The position numbers were made by a program, and so were the translations under genes. A stretch of DNA of 64,000 nucleotides from Vicinamibacteria bacterium (lineage in GTDB: Bacteria > Acidobacteriota > Vicinamibacteria > Marinacidobacterales > Marinacidobacteraceae): positions 3,200,001 through 3,264,000 of the forward strand of contig CAXXLQ010000004.1 of assembly GCA_963668695.2 (NCBI GenBank). The letters are read 5' to 3'. Each line of letters begins with the position of its first letter. The stretch's first letter is position 1. Positions 9,668-20,032 of this stretch are shown here, one piece after another. The notes beneath the pieces are model-generated. The model did not search any database. It was not told where the DNA came from and saw only the letters and a program-made list of their open reading frames with translations.

Positions 9668-9892
9668 TCAGTCGTCGTCCTTGGAGGCGTCGGCGTCATC
9701 CGAACCGTCGTCCGGGTTCGTGACGCTCTTCAAGGAGTTCCGAAAATTCTTGATACCCGCGCCGAGGCCTTTACCCAACTGGGGCAGCCGTGTACCGCCG
9801 AAGATGAGAATGACGATTCCCAGGATGATCAGGAGTTCGGTCGCGCCAAAGGGGCCGACCAGAAGAATCGGAACCCACAGGAAGGAAGTCAT
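9668..9892 (-). CDS. tatA: Twin-arginine translocase TatA/E subunit
   Basis: GATELLIILGIVILIFGGTRLPQLGKGLGAGIKNFR. Confidence 0.93.
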   Translation of the reverse strand: MTSFLWVPILLVGPFGATELLIILGIVILIFGGTRLPQLGKGLGAGIKNFRNSLKSVTNPDDGSDDADASKDDD

Positions 9893-9901
9893 GACGCGAT
9901 T

Positions 9902-10846
9902 CTACCCGCTCGGGAACGGGACTGCCTCTGTCCTCCCGCGCTCGTAGACAAGCGCCGCTACCGCGATGTCTTCCGCGGCGATGCCCTGAGATTCGAACAG
10001 GGAAGACCCTGCCCCGGCACTCCCCTTTCCGGCCGTCACCACCTCGCCGAGCGTTTCCAACTCCTCCCAGCGCAGTTCGCCCGCGGCCACGAGGGGCGCG
10101 AGATCCCCGCACTCGATCCGCGCCTGCTCCCGGTCGTCCACCACCACGCGATGGGCATGCCGCACCGCAGCGCGGTCCAGTTCGCGGCGTTTCAGCGAAT
10201 TCCCTCCGGCGGCCGCCACGAACGCCCCCGGGATGAGCCATTCTCCGCGGACGACCGGCTCCGCGGCGCTCGTGACCGCCACCACGATGGGCTTGCCGCG
10301 CACCGCCGCCTCGGCGCTCCGCGCCGGAACCACCTCGACGCCAAGCCGGACGGACATCGCGGCGGCGAACCGCTCCCGCCGCTCGGGACTCCGGCAGAAC
10401 GCCTCGATCCGGGTGAGCGGCCGCACCACCGAGAGCGCCTCGATCTGCGTCTCCGCCTGGTAGCCACAACCCACGATCCCCACGCTCGCGGCCGCCGGAT
10501 CGGCCAGGTAGTCCGCGGCGACCCCGGTGGCGGCGCCGGTCCGGATCTGACCGAGCGCGTCGGCTTCCATCACGGCGGCCAGTGACCCGCTCGCCTGGTC
10601 GAAGAGCAGGAGCACGAAGCGCGCACCGTCCCGGCCCGTCAGATAGGTCTTCAGCCCGAGATAGCCGAGCGCCGCGCTCGAGGCGCTCATCGTGTGGAGC
10701 ATCCGGCCCGGTACCCGGACCCGCTGCCGGGGCCGATTCTGGGCTCCGCCCTCGCCGAGTTCCCGGAATACCGCCTCGACGGCAGGTACCGCATCCCGCA
10801 TGGGAAGGACCTCGCGCACGAGCGCCTCCGGGAAGTACAGGGTCAC
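9902..10846 (-). CDS. Ornithine cyclodeaminase/mu-crystallin family protein
   Basis: LGQIRTGAATGVA, GIVGCGYQA Rossmann motif, FESQGIAAEDIA. GTG start at 10846 is inferred. Confidence 0.9.
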   Translation of the reverse strand: MTLYFPEALVREVLPMRDAVPAVEAVFRELGEGGAQNRPRQRVRVPGRMLHTMSASSAALGYLGLKTYLTGRDGARFVLLLFDQASGSLAAVMEADALGQIRTGAATGVAADYLADPAAASVGIVGCGYQAETQIEALSVVRPLTRIEAFCRSPERRERFAAAMSVRLGVEVVPARSAEAAVRGKPIVVAVTSAAEPVVRGEWLIPGAFVAAAGGNSLKRRELDRAAVRHAHRVVVDDREQARIECGDLAPLVAAGELRWEELETLGEVVTAGKGSAGAGSSLFESQGIAAEDIAVAALVYERGRTEAVPFPSG

Positions 10847-10910
10847 CGAGACAAGGGTACCGAGAGCGGGACCGAGAATGGGCAGGCTTCCCTTTCCTAC
10901 AATCCCGGGC

Positions 10911-12485
10911 ATGGACGTGCTCACCGCTCAGCAAATGCGCGAAGCGGATCGCCACACCATCGAGGAGGCGGGGATCCCGGCGCGCGTCCTGATGGAGAAC
11001 GCCGGCCGGGCCGTCGCAGAGATCGTTGCCGCCGAGGCAGCGGGCAGCGGGCGACGAATTCTCATCCTGTGCGGGCGGGGCGGCAACGGGGGCGACGGAC
11101 TCGTGGCGCTGCGGGCGCTCGCAGCGCGCGGGCTTCGGGCCAGCGCCGTTCTGCTGACCGATCCGGAGCGGCTCACCGGGGCCACCAGGGCGAACTTCGA
11201 GACCGCGATGCAGCTCGCGCTCCACGTCGTTCCGGTCCCCGACGAAGCCTCCTGGGAGACGGCGCTGCGCCAGGCCGGTCCGGACGGGCTCGCCGGGCCC
11301 CGCCCGGGGGTGATCGTTGACGCCATCCTCGGAACGGGAAGTTCCGGGACGCTTCGGGGGCTCACCGCCCGGGTGATCGCCGACCTCGACCACGTCGGAC
11401 GATTCCGGGACGCTCGCCGCGTCGCCATCGATATTCCGACCGGCCTCTCGGCGGATACGGGCAGCGCGCCGGACCTCGCTTTCCGCGCCGATCTCACCGT
11501 GGCGCTCGCCGCCCCCAAGATCTGTCACTTCGTTTTTCCGGCCAGCGCCGCGTGCGGGGAGATTCGGGTCGCAGAGATCGGAATCCCGCGGGTCTGGCTC
11601 AATGCCGGCACCACCGGGGTCCGAACCAACGACGCCCGCCGCATCGCCCCGTTCTTCCCGGCTCGCGAGCCCGGCGTCCACAAGGGACAGCTCGGCCGGC
11701 TCCTGCTGATCGCGGGTTCGCGGCGGATGCCCGGAGCCGCGGCGCTCGCGGCGCAGGGCGCGCTGTCGGCGGGGGTCGGGCTGCTGACGGTGGCGGGTCC
11801 CCCCGACGGCCTGACGGAACTGCCGCCGGAGGCGATGCGGCTGCCCCTGCCCTCCACCGACCCGGGGGAGATCTCCCTCGACGGGGTGCCGGAGATCTCC
11901 GCCTTCGCCGCTGACGCGATCGCACTCGGTCCCGGACTCGGCAGCCGCGAGGAAACGAAGGAGGCGGTGCGAAGGATCGTCCTGACGACTTCGGCGCCGC
12001 TGGTACTCGACGCCGACGGGCTGAACGCCTGGGCCGGTCGGGCCTCGAAACTCGCCCAGCGGCCGCGGCTCGCGTTGACGCCGCACCCTGGCGAAGCCGC
12101 GCGGCTGCTCAACCTGACGAGCGCCGAGGTCCAGGACGAGCGATTGCAGGTGGCGCGTCGCCTGGCCCGGGAAACGGAGGGAGCGGTAGCCCTCAAGGGA
12201 CCCGGGACGCTGATCGCCGATCCCTGGGGCGCCGTCTTCGTGAATCGCTCGGGGGGGCCCGAACTCGCCGCCGGTGGATCCGGGGATGTCCTGACCGGAG
12301 TGGTGGGAGCGCTGCTTGCCCGACGCCTGGGTCCGCTTGAGGCACTCTCGGCGGGCGTGTTCCTGCACGGACTCGCGGGCAGCGAAGCGCGGAAGCACTG
12401 CGGGGAGGACGCGGTCACGGCGTCCGGCGTGGCCGCCCACCTCGGGAGGGCGATCCACCGGCTGCGGGCGGAGATGTCCCGATGA
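10911..12485 (+). CDS. nnr: Bifunctional NAD(P)H-hydrate epimerase/dehydratase
   Basis: LMENAG, CGRGGNGGDG, DAILGTG, HKGQLG, LDADGLN, TPHPGE and GGSGDVLTG motifs. Confidence 0.95.
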   Translation: MDVLTAQQMREADRHTIEEAGIPARVLMENAGRAVAEIVAAEAAGSGRRILILCGRGGNGGDGLVALRALAARGLRASAVLLTDPERLTGATRANFETAMQLALHVVPVPDEASWETALRQAGPDGLAGPRPGVIVDAILGTGSSGTLRGLTARVIADLDHVGRFRDARRVAIDIPTGLSADTGSAPDLAFRADLTVALAAPKICHFVFPASAACGEIRVAEIGIPRVWLNAGTTGVRTNDARRIAPFFPAREPGVHKGQLGRLLLIAGSRRMPGAAALAAQGALSAGVGLLTVAGPPDGLTELPPEAMRLPLPSTDPGEISLDGVPEISAFAADAIALGPGLGSREETKEAVRRIVLTTSAPLVLDADGLNAWAGRASKLAQRPRLALTPHPGEAARLLNLTSAEVQDERLQVARRLARETEGAVALKGPGTLIADPWGAVFVNRSGGPELAAGGSGDVLTGVVGALLARRLGPLEALSAGVFLHGLAGSEARKHCGEDAVTASGVAAHLGRAIHRLRAEMSR

Positions 12486-12943
12486 CCGCCGCGCCGGCGA
12501 CGCCGAGGGCCGGCCGGGTGGCCAGCCGCAGCCCGGAGGAGACCCTCGAGGCCGGAGCGCGCCTCGCCGCCCGCGAACCCGCCTGCCGCGCCTTCTATCT
12601 CGAGGGGGACCTGGGCGCCGGAAAGACCGTTTTCGCCAAGGGATTGGCGCGGCACTACGGAGTGGATCCCAATCAGGTCACGAGTCCGACGTTCGCCCTG
12701 GTGGCGCGCTACGGTGAGGGAAGCCGCCCGCTGTACCACCTGGACCTGTACCGGATCGAGCGCCCGGAGGAACTCCGGGAGCTCGGCATCGAGGAGATGG
12801 AGGAGGAAGACGCGATCGTGATCGTCGAGTGGCCGGAGAGGCTCGGACACTACTGCCGCACCGACGCGATTCGGGTGCGCCTGCTTCGCGAGCGGGACGG
12901 GACCCGGCGGATCGAGATCGCGGCGGGGAGCGACGGACGATGA
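12482..12943 (+). CDS. tsaE: t6A biosynthesis ATPase TsaE
   Basis: GDLGAGKT, VTSPTF, HLDLYR and VEWPE motifs; follows nnr as is common. Confidence 0.96.
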   Translation: MTAAPATPRAGRVASRSPEETLEAGARLAAREPACRAFYLEGDLGAGKTVFAKGLARHYGVDPNQVTSPTFALVARYGEGSRPLYHLDLYRIERPEELRELGIEEMEEEDAIVIVEWPERLGHYCRTDAIRVRLLRERDGTRRIEIAAGSDGR

Positions 12944-14361
12944 ACGGCCGTCCGCCCCGCGCCACCCGGCCGGCATCGCTCTGCGGGAATGGCCGGATTG
13001 CAGTTGCAGCGCTGGCGGCGGCGCTGGCGGGAGCCGCCTGCGGGAATCCGGGGCCGCCGCCGCCCGGCGAACGGTTGAGCCTGGTTCTGGTCACCGTCTC
13101 CTCGCTTCGCGCGGACCACCTCGGAATCTACGGCTATCCGCGCAACATCAGTCCGAACCTCGACCTCTTCGGTGCTTCCGGGGCGGTGTTCCTGGAGGCG
13201 CTGACCCCCTGGCCCGAAACCGGGCGCGGAGCGGCGGCACTACTCACCGGGGTGGATCCGAGCCGGAGCACCCGGGGCGAACCGGCCCGGCTCGTCGAAG
13301 ACGGCACGCTCGCGTCCAGGCTGCGTGCGCACGGCTACCGGACCCTCGGCGCGGTGAATCATCCGGCCCTGGCCGCGGAACTCGGCTTCGCCCGGGGTTT
13401 CGACGAGTTTCGGGAGCACTGGGGGGGCGACGCCGCGGGAGGCGCCGATGCCGTCCGCGACTTCGGGGTCGAGGCGCTTCGTGCCGCCACCGGCGAGTCT
13501 CCCGTTTTTGTCTGGCTTCATTTCTCCGCGCCCTCTCCGCCGCACAGCCCTCCGGCGGAGGATCTGGATGCGGTGCGGACCGATGAAATGACCCCGGCCG
13601 GCCCGCGTTTTCGAGGCGGGTCGCAACCGGCCGCCGCCGTGACCGGGGGAGCCGGCTACGGGGAGCTGGCGGATCGCTACGACGCGTCCATCCGGTGGGT
13701 GGACCGCGCCGTCGGCGCGGTGCTGTCGAGCCTCGCGTCCGGTCCGCTTGCCGGGAAGGCGCTGTTCGTGGTGGCCGGGCTCCACGGCGAATCTCTCGGC
13801 GAACACGGTCCACCCTTCGAAACGCCCCGCGCCCTGTTCCGGGAGACGCTCCAGGTTCCGTTGCTGCTCGGCTGGCCCGGCAGCGACGGGTCACGGTTCC
13901 CGGCGGAAACCCGCTTCGGTTCGGCGGTAGGCATCGGCGACGTTGGCCCAACCGCGTTCGAGCTGATCGGGGTGCCGCTCCCCGAGACGCTGCCGCTGGG
14001 CACCATCGGCAAGTCGCTCGTTCCGGCGCTTCAGGGGGACGAGCCGCGCCCCCATCGGCGGCTCTACGCGCAGTCCGAGCGGGGGCTCTTCGGCGTCTTC
14101 GACGGGCGGCTGCGGATGCTCCGGATACCGGTTCCGGGCCAGCCGGCGCCCCTGTTCGCGCTCTTCAACCTGGTGCGGGATCCGAACGAAGCCGAGAACG
14201 CGTACGTGCAGGCGAGCTTCTCGATGGAATCCTTCAAGGCGCAACTGGAGACCCGGAGGATCCAGACCGTCGCCTGGCAGCAGGAGAACGAACGGGCCGG
14301 GCCCGGGCCCCAGCTTTCGCCGGACCTCGCCGCCGCGCTCGAGGCGCGCGGCTACCGCTGA
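12940..14361 (+). CDS. Sulfatase-like/alkaline phosphatase superfamily lipoprotein (degenerate active site)
   Basis: Lipobox AGAAC; LRADHLGIYGY, YDASIRWVD, HGESLGEHG, QVPLL and LFNLVRDPNE motifs. Confidence 0.82.
   Translation: MNGRPPRATRPASLCGNGRIAVAALAAALAGAACGNPGPPPPGERLSLVLVTVSSLRADHLGIYGYPRNISPNLDLFGASGAVFLEALTPWPETGRGAAALLTGVDPSRSTRGEPARLVEDGTLASRLRAHGYRTLGAVNHPALAAELGFARGFDEFREHWGGDAAGGADAVRDFGVEALRAATGESPVFVWLHFSAPSPPHSPPAEDLDAVRTDEMTPAGPRFRGGSQPAAAVTGGAGYGELADRYDASIRWVDRAVGAVLSSLASGPLAGKALFVVAGLHGESLGEHGPPFETPRALFRETLQVPLLLGWPGSDGSRFPAETRFGSAVGIGDVGPTAFELIGVPLPETLPLGTIGKSLVPALQGDEPRPHRRLYAQSERGLFGVFDGRLRMLRIPVPGQPAPLFALFNLVRDPNEAENAYVQASFSMESFKAQLETRRIQTVAWQQENERAGPGPQLSPDLAAALEARGYR
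14281..14361 (+). repeat. Direct repeat A, copy 1 (sulfatase-like gene 3' end)
   Basis: 81-bp match to 19901-19981 with 7 mismatches by eye. Confidence 0.9.
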
Positions 14362-14498
14362 CGGTCCGACGCTCGTGGCAGATTCTCGTTTCCCAAATCA
14401 CTCTGGACCGGGTGGCATGCCCTTAAGGTGCCGAACCTGCGGGACGATGAAATGCTCGACCCGGAGTTCAAGCCGCTGATGTTCGAAGAGGTGGCGGC

Positions 14499-14803
14499 AT
14501 GAGTCCTCGGTTGCTCATCCCGCGCGATGAGATTGCAGCGTTTTGCAGGAAACACGGGATCGGAGATTCTCGCTGTTCGGTTCCGTGCTTCGCGACGACT
14601 TCGGACCGGACAGCGATTTGGATGTGCTGGCGGAGTTCAAACCGGGAGTGCGCTTCTCCCTTTTCGATCTCGTCGACATGCAGGACGAGCTGAGCGAAAT
14701 CGTGGGCAGAAAGGCGGAGATCTTCGAGTTCCGGGCACTTCTTCCGGGCACTTCGGCCGTGGATGCAGGAAGAGGTCGCCGGATCGATGGAGTTGTTCTA
14801 TGA
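14499..14803 (+). pseudogene. MNT (minimal nucleotidyltransferase) antitoxin, frameshifted
   Basis: MSPRLLIPRDEIAAFCRKHGI continues in another frame as RFSLFGSVLRDDFGPDSDLDVL (GS..D.D motif). Shift near 14560. Confidence 0.8.
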
Positions 14804-15010
14804 GTTGCCGGAGTGAACGCGGGCCGCTACCGGACATGCGGGACTACACCCCGGGAGGGGGTTGAGACATTCCAGGGGGCCAACGCCGACGCTCTCGAAA
14901 ACGACAGGACGCTTGATTGGGCTCTCCGGTATCTCGTTCTGACTGTGGGCGAGGCGGCCACCCGCGTTGTACCCGAGGTGCGCGCGTGCCTCCCCTGTTC
15001 GAGCACACCG
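14800..15010 (+). pseudogene. HEPN/DUF86 toxin remnant
   Basis: Fragments DMRDY and LENDRTLDWALRYLVLTVGEAATRVVPEVR directly after the MNT; the C-terminal RxxxxH is missing. Confidence 0.65.
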
Positions 15011-15404
15011 ACCCGAGACTGGTCAGGCGCGAACGACAGCAGGGACGGACATCAGGCGCAGGACACGGATCGAGCGGGGATGGACATCGACGAGAGCGCC
15101 GGAGCAGGAGAGGATCCCGACGGGCGACGACGAAGATCCAGTCGGTGAAGGAGGAAGACTGTCGGACGCGCGATCGGAGGACACGTGATCTGGCTCCTGA
15201 CACCGGCAGGTATCAGGAGCCAGCCTACCCAATGTGTGCACATTGGGGTCTGGCGAGGGAGACGCTGCGCCCCCCTCGAACCAGCGGATCAAGATCGATC
15301 AGGGTGGAACGGGTTTCGGCATCTGGATGATCGGTTGGCTCTTCTCCATCCGCTTTCCGGATCTGGGCTTCTGGCAGGGTCTTCTGGCTCTGTTCGTATG
15401 GCCT

Positions 15405-15966
15405 TAACAGCCGGTGGTGAAACCCACGTGAGCGCCGAGGCTGGCCAGTTCTCCCGGTGGGGGCGAGGCGCTCGGCTGACAAGGCGCGTGAGGGAGGAAT
15501 ACCGGGTGTATTCCGACCGAAACGCAACGCAGAACGCAGCGAAGCGGAGTGGTTCGGCCGGGATGGATCGCCGGTCGAACGCCGCGTGGGTTTTGCCACA
15601 GGCTGTTAGCAGCCTGTGGTGGAACCCGGGTGAGCGCCGAGAGCGGCCAGTTCTCCCGGTGGGGGCGAGGCGCCCGGCTGACAAGGCGCGTGAGGAAGGA
15701 ATACCGAGTGTATTTCGACCGAAACGCAACGCAGAGCGCCGCAAAGCGGCGCGGTGACCTAGCAGCCGGTGGTGGACAAAGTGGCGTGAGTGCCGAGGCT
15801 GGCCAGTTCTCCCGGTGGGGGCGAGGCGCCCGGCTGACAAGGCGCGTGAGGGAGGAATACCGGGTGTATTTCGACCGAAACGCAACGCAGACCGGAGCGA
15901 AGCGGAGTGGTTCAGCCGGGATGGATCGCCGGGCGAACGCCGCCTGGGTTTCACCACAGGCTGTTA
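15405..15966. mobile_element. MITE-like repeat cluster (full + left half + full)
   Basis: Units start CAGCC at 15408, 15610 and 15763 and end GGCTG at 15605 and 15963. Each carries the tag. The right TA is part of the oxidoreductase stop codon. Confidence 0.85.
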
Positions 15967-18443
15967 AACCCCCGCCGCTCCCAACTCCTCCAGCACGCGC
16001 TCCGGCCGCAGCGGCAGTCTTCGCATACGCACTCCCGTCGCGTCATGGATTGCGTTCGCGACGGCCGCGGGAACTGGCCGGTGCGAGGGCTCACCCGCTC
16101 CGTAGGGGCGCAGGTCCGGGCGGTCGGGGTTCGGGTCACCGTTGACCATCACGACATCGATGCGCTCGGGCGCGTCCATGTGCGTGAGGGTCGGGTGCGT
16201 GCGCCAGTCAACGCTGGTGACCTTCTCGCCGTCGAACCGGACCTCCTCGTACAGCGTCCGGCTGATCCCGTGCAGGAGGTTCCCCTGGATGGTGCCCTCC
16301 AGGCTGTTCGGGTTGATCACCAGGCCGCAGTCGTGGGCGCACACCATCCGCCGGACCCGCACCCGCCCGGTTTCGCGGTCGACCTCGACTTCGGCGATCA
16401 CGGCGATCACGGTGCGGGCGCGGTAGGCGTACGCGATGCCCCGCCCGGTGAGAAAGCGCCCGCTGCCTACCGTCCCGGGTGACGGCCGCACCTCCCATCC
16501 GTACGCCTCGGCGGCCGCTTCGACCACCGCGATCGATCGAGCCCGGCGGAGAGCCTCGTCGTCATCGGTTGCGCCCCGCAGGAGGCGCAGCCGGAACTCG
16601 ACCGGATCCGCGTTCGCGGCCGTGGCCAGCTCGTCCACGAACGACTCCCCGGCGAACGTCGTCTGCGGGCCGTTGGGGTCGCGCAGGTTCCCGGTGCGGA
16701 GCGGCGTCTCGAAGGCCAGCGGGAAGCGGATCGCCCGAGTCTCCTGGCGCCGGTTCGGGATGTGATACATGTCGTCCGGCCCGCGGGCACCCCCAGGCGA
16801 CGGCCGCTCGGGCCGGAACCCCATCAGTTGCGCGATGAGCACGGTCCGGGCCTGGTTGTATCCGAGGTGCGCGTAGTTGGCGATCCGGCCCTGATAGTCC
16901 AGCGCGACCACGTTGCCGTCCGCGTCGAGCCCTCCCCGGAGGTCGATTGCGAAGGCGGGACCCTTGGTGTCCCACGCCGTCTCCTCGTGCCTCATCCACT
17001 GCACGCGAACGGGGCGGCCCAGCTCCTTGGCCAGGTACGCGGCCTCAAAGCCCGCGTCGTCCGCCGCCGTGCGCCCGTAGAGCTGCGGCCCCTCCATCCA
17101 GATCACCCGCACCTGCTCCGGCGGCATGCCCAGGAACTCGGCGATCCCGGTCCGGTGGCTGTACGGCTTCATGTCGTTGGTGTAGATCGTCATCTGGCCG
17201 TCCGAGGGATCGGCCAGGGCGTGGGCGGGCCCGATCGCGGTGTGTCCGTGGAAGGGGATGTCGTATGCGGCTTCGACGACGGTCGCGGCGCTCGCCAGCG
17301 CCCCATCGGGGTCTCCCTGCACCTGCGCCGCCGCCCGTCCACCCGAGCCCGGCACTCCCTCCGCGCTCCGCATGTAGGCGAAGAGGTCTTCCGATGCCGG
17401 GAAGGGCGCCGTGGCGGGCTTCTCCCATGCGAGGACAAGACGTTCCGCAGCCTCGATCGCCTGCTCCTCGCGCTCGCACACGACCGCGACGTAGTTGCCC
17501 TTGCTTACGACCCGGATGAGGCCGGGCACATCGCGCACCGATGACTCGTCGATGCCCGTCAGCGTCGCGCCCGCGAAGGGCGGGCGCACGTTCCGGGCGT
17601 GAACCATCCCCGGGAGGTTGACGTCGACGGCCCACTCGAGCGATGCGTCGACTTTGGCGGGGATGTCGTAGCGCGGAATCGACTGGCCGACAAGCTTCAG
17701 GTCCTGCACCGGCTTGATGCTCGCGACGCCGGTGGTCGAGTTGATGTTGGCGCCCGCCAGCGCGACATCGAAGCGCCGCCCGCCGATCAGCTCGCCGTAG
17801 GTGACCGTCCGCGAGGGATCGTCATGCAGCGAGATCACGCCTTCGCTCACTCGAAGCTCCTCCACGGGCACGCCGAAGCGCTCCGACGCCATCTCCAGCA
17901 GCACCCGCCTGGCCTCCGCCGCGATCCGGCGTCCGACCATGGCGTCGCGCTCGATCGCGTCCGAGCCGCCCGAGCCGCCCTGGTCCACCGTCAGGTCGGT
18001 GCGTCCCATGACAACCGTGGCCCTGTCGAAGGCGATGTCGAGCTCGTCGCACATCATCTGCTGGGTGGCGGTCCCGGTCCCCTGGCCGCCATCGGTCTTG
18101 CCGACGTAGAAGGTCGCGCTGCCATCCTCGTGCACGACCAGCCACGAGTCGAGTTGGAGGAAGTCGGGATCCGGATAGGCACCGGGCTCCGAAGGCCTGG
18201 ACCCAACGCCCTGGCGGGCCGCCCCAATCGCTCCCCAGCCGCGCTCATTCCGCTCAGGCCGAAGACGAACAATCCCGAGGTCTTGAGGAAGTCGCGCCGG
18301 GAAGTGGTGCCGCCCCAGCGCTCGACAGCGCGGTCGATCGAGTTCGCGACCTGCCAGTCGCCGGTCGCGGGCGCCTTGCCCACGGGGGCATCGGGTTCGC
18401 CGCTGGCCAGATCCCGCCCTCTTTGCGCGTCGCGCCCGCTCAT
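15964..18443 (-). CDS. Xanthine dehydrogenase-family molybdopterin-binding subunit (isoquinoline 1-oxidoreductase beta-like), Tat-exported, apparent frameshift near 18180-18250
   Basis: ATG at 18443 overlaps the small-subunit stop. SRRDFLK Tat motif lies in one frame; GKTDGGQGT, HDCGLVINP and GAGEP...AVANAIHDATGVR lie in another. Confidence 0.85.
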
Positions 18444-18919
18444 CGGTCTGCCTCCGCTTGGGCCATCGCAACCGCTGCGCGCTTCACCGCGGACTGGATC
18501 CGGAAGTAGGTCATGCAGCGGCAGAGAATCGGGTTCATGCCCTCCCGGATCTCGTCGTCGGTCGGGTTCGGGGTGGTGCGTAGCAGTGCTGCGGCCGTGA
18601 GGATCTGCCCGTTCTGGCAGAACCCGCACTGCGGCACCTGCTCATCGATCCAGGCCTGCTGGACGGGATGCAGTTGCCCGTCCTCGGGCAGTCCCTCCAG
18701 GGTCGTAATCTCGCCGTTGCTACGCGAAACCGGCAGGATGCACGAGCGGATCGGGCGCCCGTCCATCAGCACCGTGCACGTCCCGCACTGGGCAAGGCCG
18801 CAGCCGAAGCGCGGTCCCCGCAACCCGAGATCGTTCCGCAGGACGTACAGGAGCGGCGTCGACGGATCGACGTCGAGCGTACGGGTCTCGCCGTTGACCC
18901 TGAGCGTGGTCTCTCTCAT
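18440..18919 (-). CDS. (2Fe-2S)-binding small subunit (CoxS/IorA-like)
   Basis: GCGLAQCGTC, QCGFCQNG and LCRC motifs. Confidence 0.95.
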   Translation of the reverse strand: MRETTLRVNGETRTLDVDPSTPLLYVLRNDLGLRGPRFGCGLAQCGTCTVLMDGRPIRSCILPVSRSNGEITTLEGLPEDGQLHPVQQAWIDEQVPQCGFCQNGQILTAAALLRTTPNPTDDEIREGMNPILCRCMTYFRIQSAVKRAAVAMAQAEADR

Positions 18920-19062
18920 CGGTGCATCCCCCCTCCGCGCGGAAGATCCTCGGTGCAGCAACCGGCCGCTTCATGGCTCCACTCGCTCAGAGCCTGCGAA
19001 CCCCGCCAAGTCCCTCGATCAAGAAGATTGAGATGGCCCGGCACCGATCCGATACTACGCTC

Positions 19063-19431
19063 TAACAGCCTGTGGTGAAACCCGCGTGAGCGCCGAGACG
19101 GGCGAGGCGCCCGGCTGACAAGGCGCGTGAGGGAGGAATACCGGGTGTATTTCGACCGAAACGCAACGCAGAAGCACCGCGAAGCGGGGCGGTGAACAGC
19201 CGGTGGTGAAACCGACGTGAGCGCCGAGGCCGGCGAGGCGCCTGGCTGACAAGGCGCGTGAGGGAGGAATACCGGGTGTATTCCGACCGAAACGCAACGA
19301 AGAGCGGCGCGAAAGCGACGCGGTCAGCCGGGATGGATCGCCGGCAGAACGCCGCGTGGGTTTCATCACAGGCTGTCTGGCCGGGATGCATCGCCCGTCG
19401 AACGCCACGTGGGTTTTGCCACCGGCTGTTA
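19063..19431. mobile_element. Nested MITE-like repeats (one copy inside another)
   Basis: Left half 19066-19196, full copy 19197-19375, right half 19376-19428; TA on both outer flanks. Confidence 0.85.
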
Positions 19432-19743
19432 ACCCCATCCATCTCGTGGGCCGAGTGGACGTCGGCGCCAAGGGGTTCACAGAGTTGCTGCGGAGGATGG
19501 TCACGGTACATGCCTGATGCGATGGATACGACCGGACTTGTTGAAGCGTCTCCCTGACGCGCGTGGCGACGAGATCCGCGCCCCCGGGCTTTCCGCGGCG
19601 ACTCCGTAGCGATTCGGCTTCCGCGCCGGTCGCGCGAGTCTCGGGCGAGGGATCGCGTCCGCCTCGGCGTCGAGCCCGGTCGCCCGGGGCGGGCCCGCGG
19701 CATGGTGATCGACCCGGGCGAAGTGGCCCACAATCGCCTCGCC

Positions 19744-19903
19744 ATGGACCACCTCACTCCCGCGGGATTCGCCACCCAGGGCCGCGAGGTCCTCGACTGG
19801 ATCCGGGCGGGCCTACTGGGAGCGGGTCGAGGGTCTGCCGGTCCTGTCGCGGGTCCGCCCCGGCGACCTCCGGGCCCGCCTGCCTGAGCATCCGCCGGAA
19901 CAG
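19744..19903 (+). pseudogene. 5' fragment of a group II PLP-dependent (aromatic amino acid) decarboxylase
   Basis: MDHLTPAGFATQGREVLDWI / AYWERVEGLPVLSRVRPGDLRARLPEHPPEQ resembles the DDC N-terminus. It is frameshifted and truncated. Confidence 0.7.
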
Positions 19904-19981
19904 GAGAACGAACGGGCCGGGCCCGCTCCCGAGCTTTCGCCGGAACTCGCCGCCGCGCTCGAGGCGCGCGGCTACCGGTAG
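19901..19981 (+). repeat. Direct repeat A, copy 2 (orphan sulfatase-like 3' end)
   Basis: Encodes QENERAGPAPELSPELAAALEARGYR*, matching the end of the 12940-14361 gene. Confidence 0.9.
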
Positions 19982-20032
19982 GGGAAGGTCCCACCGCCAG
20001 CGAAGGTCCCGCCGCTAGCCAAGATCCCGGCG

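Noticed and set aside
14362-14502. Short frame ending KVPNLRDDEMLDPEFKPLMFEEVAA* overlapping the MNT start
   Set aside because: It may be a gene 3' remnant, but I cannot assign a family or a start.
15185-15957. ORFs spanning MITE clusters (also 19055-19557, 28808-30153, 35762-36034)
   Set aside because: They are translations of the repeat in several frames with no transposase motifs.
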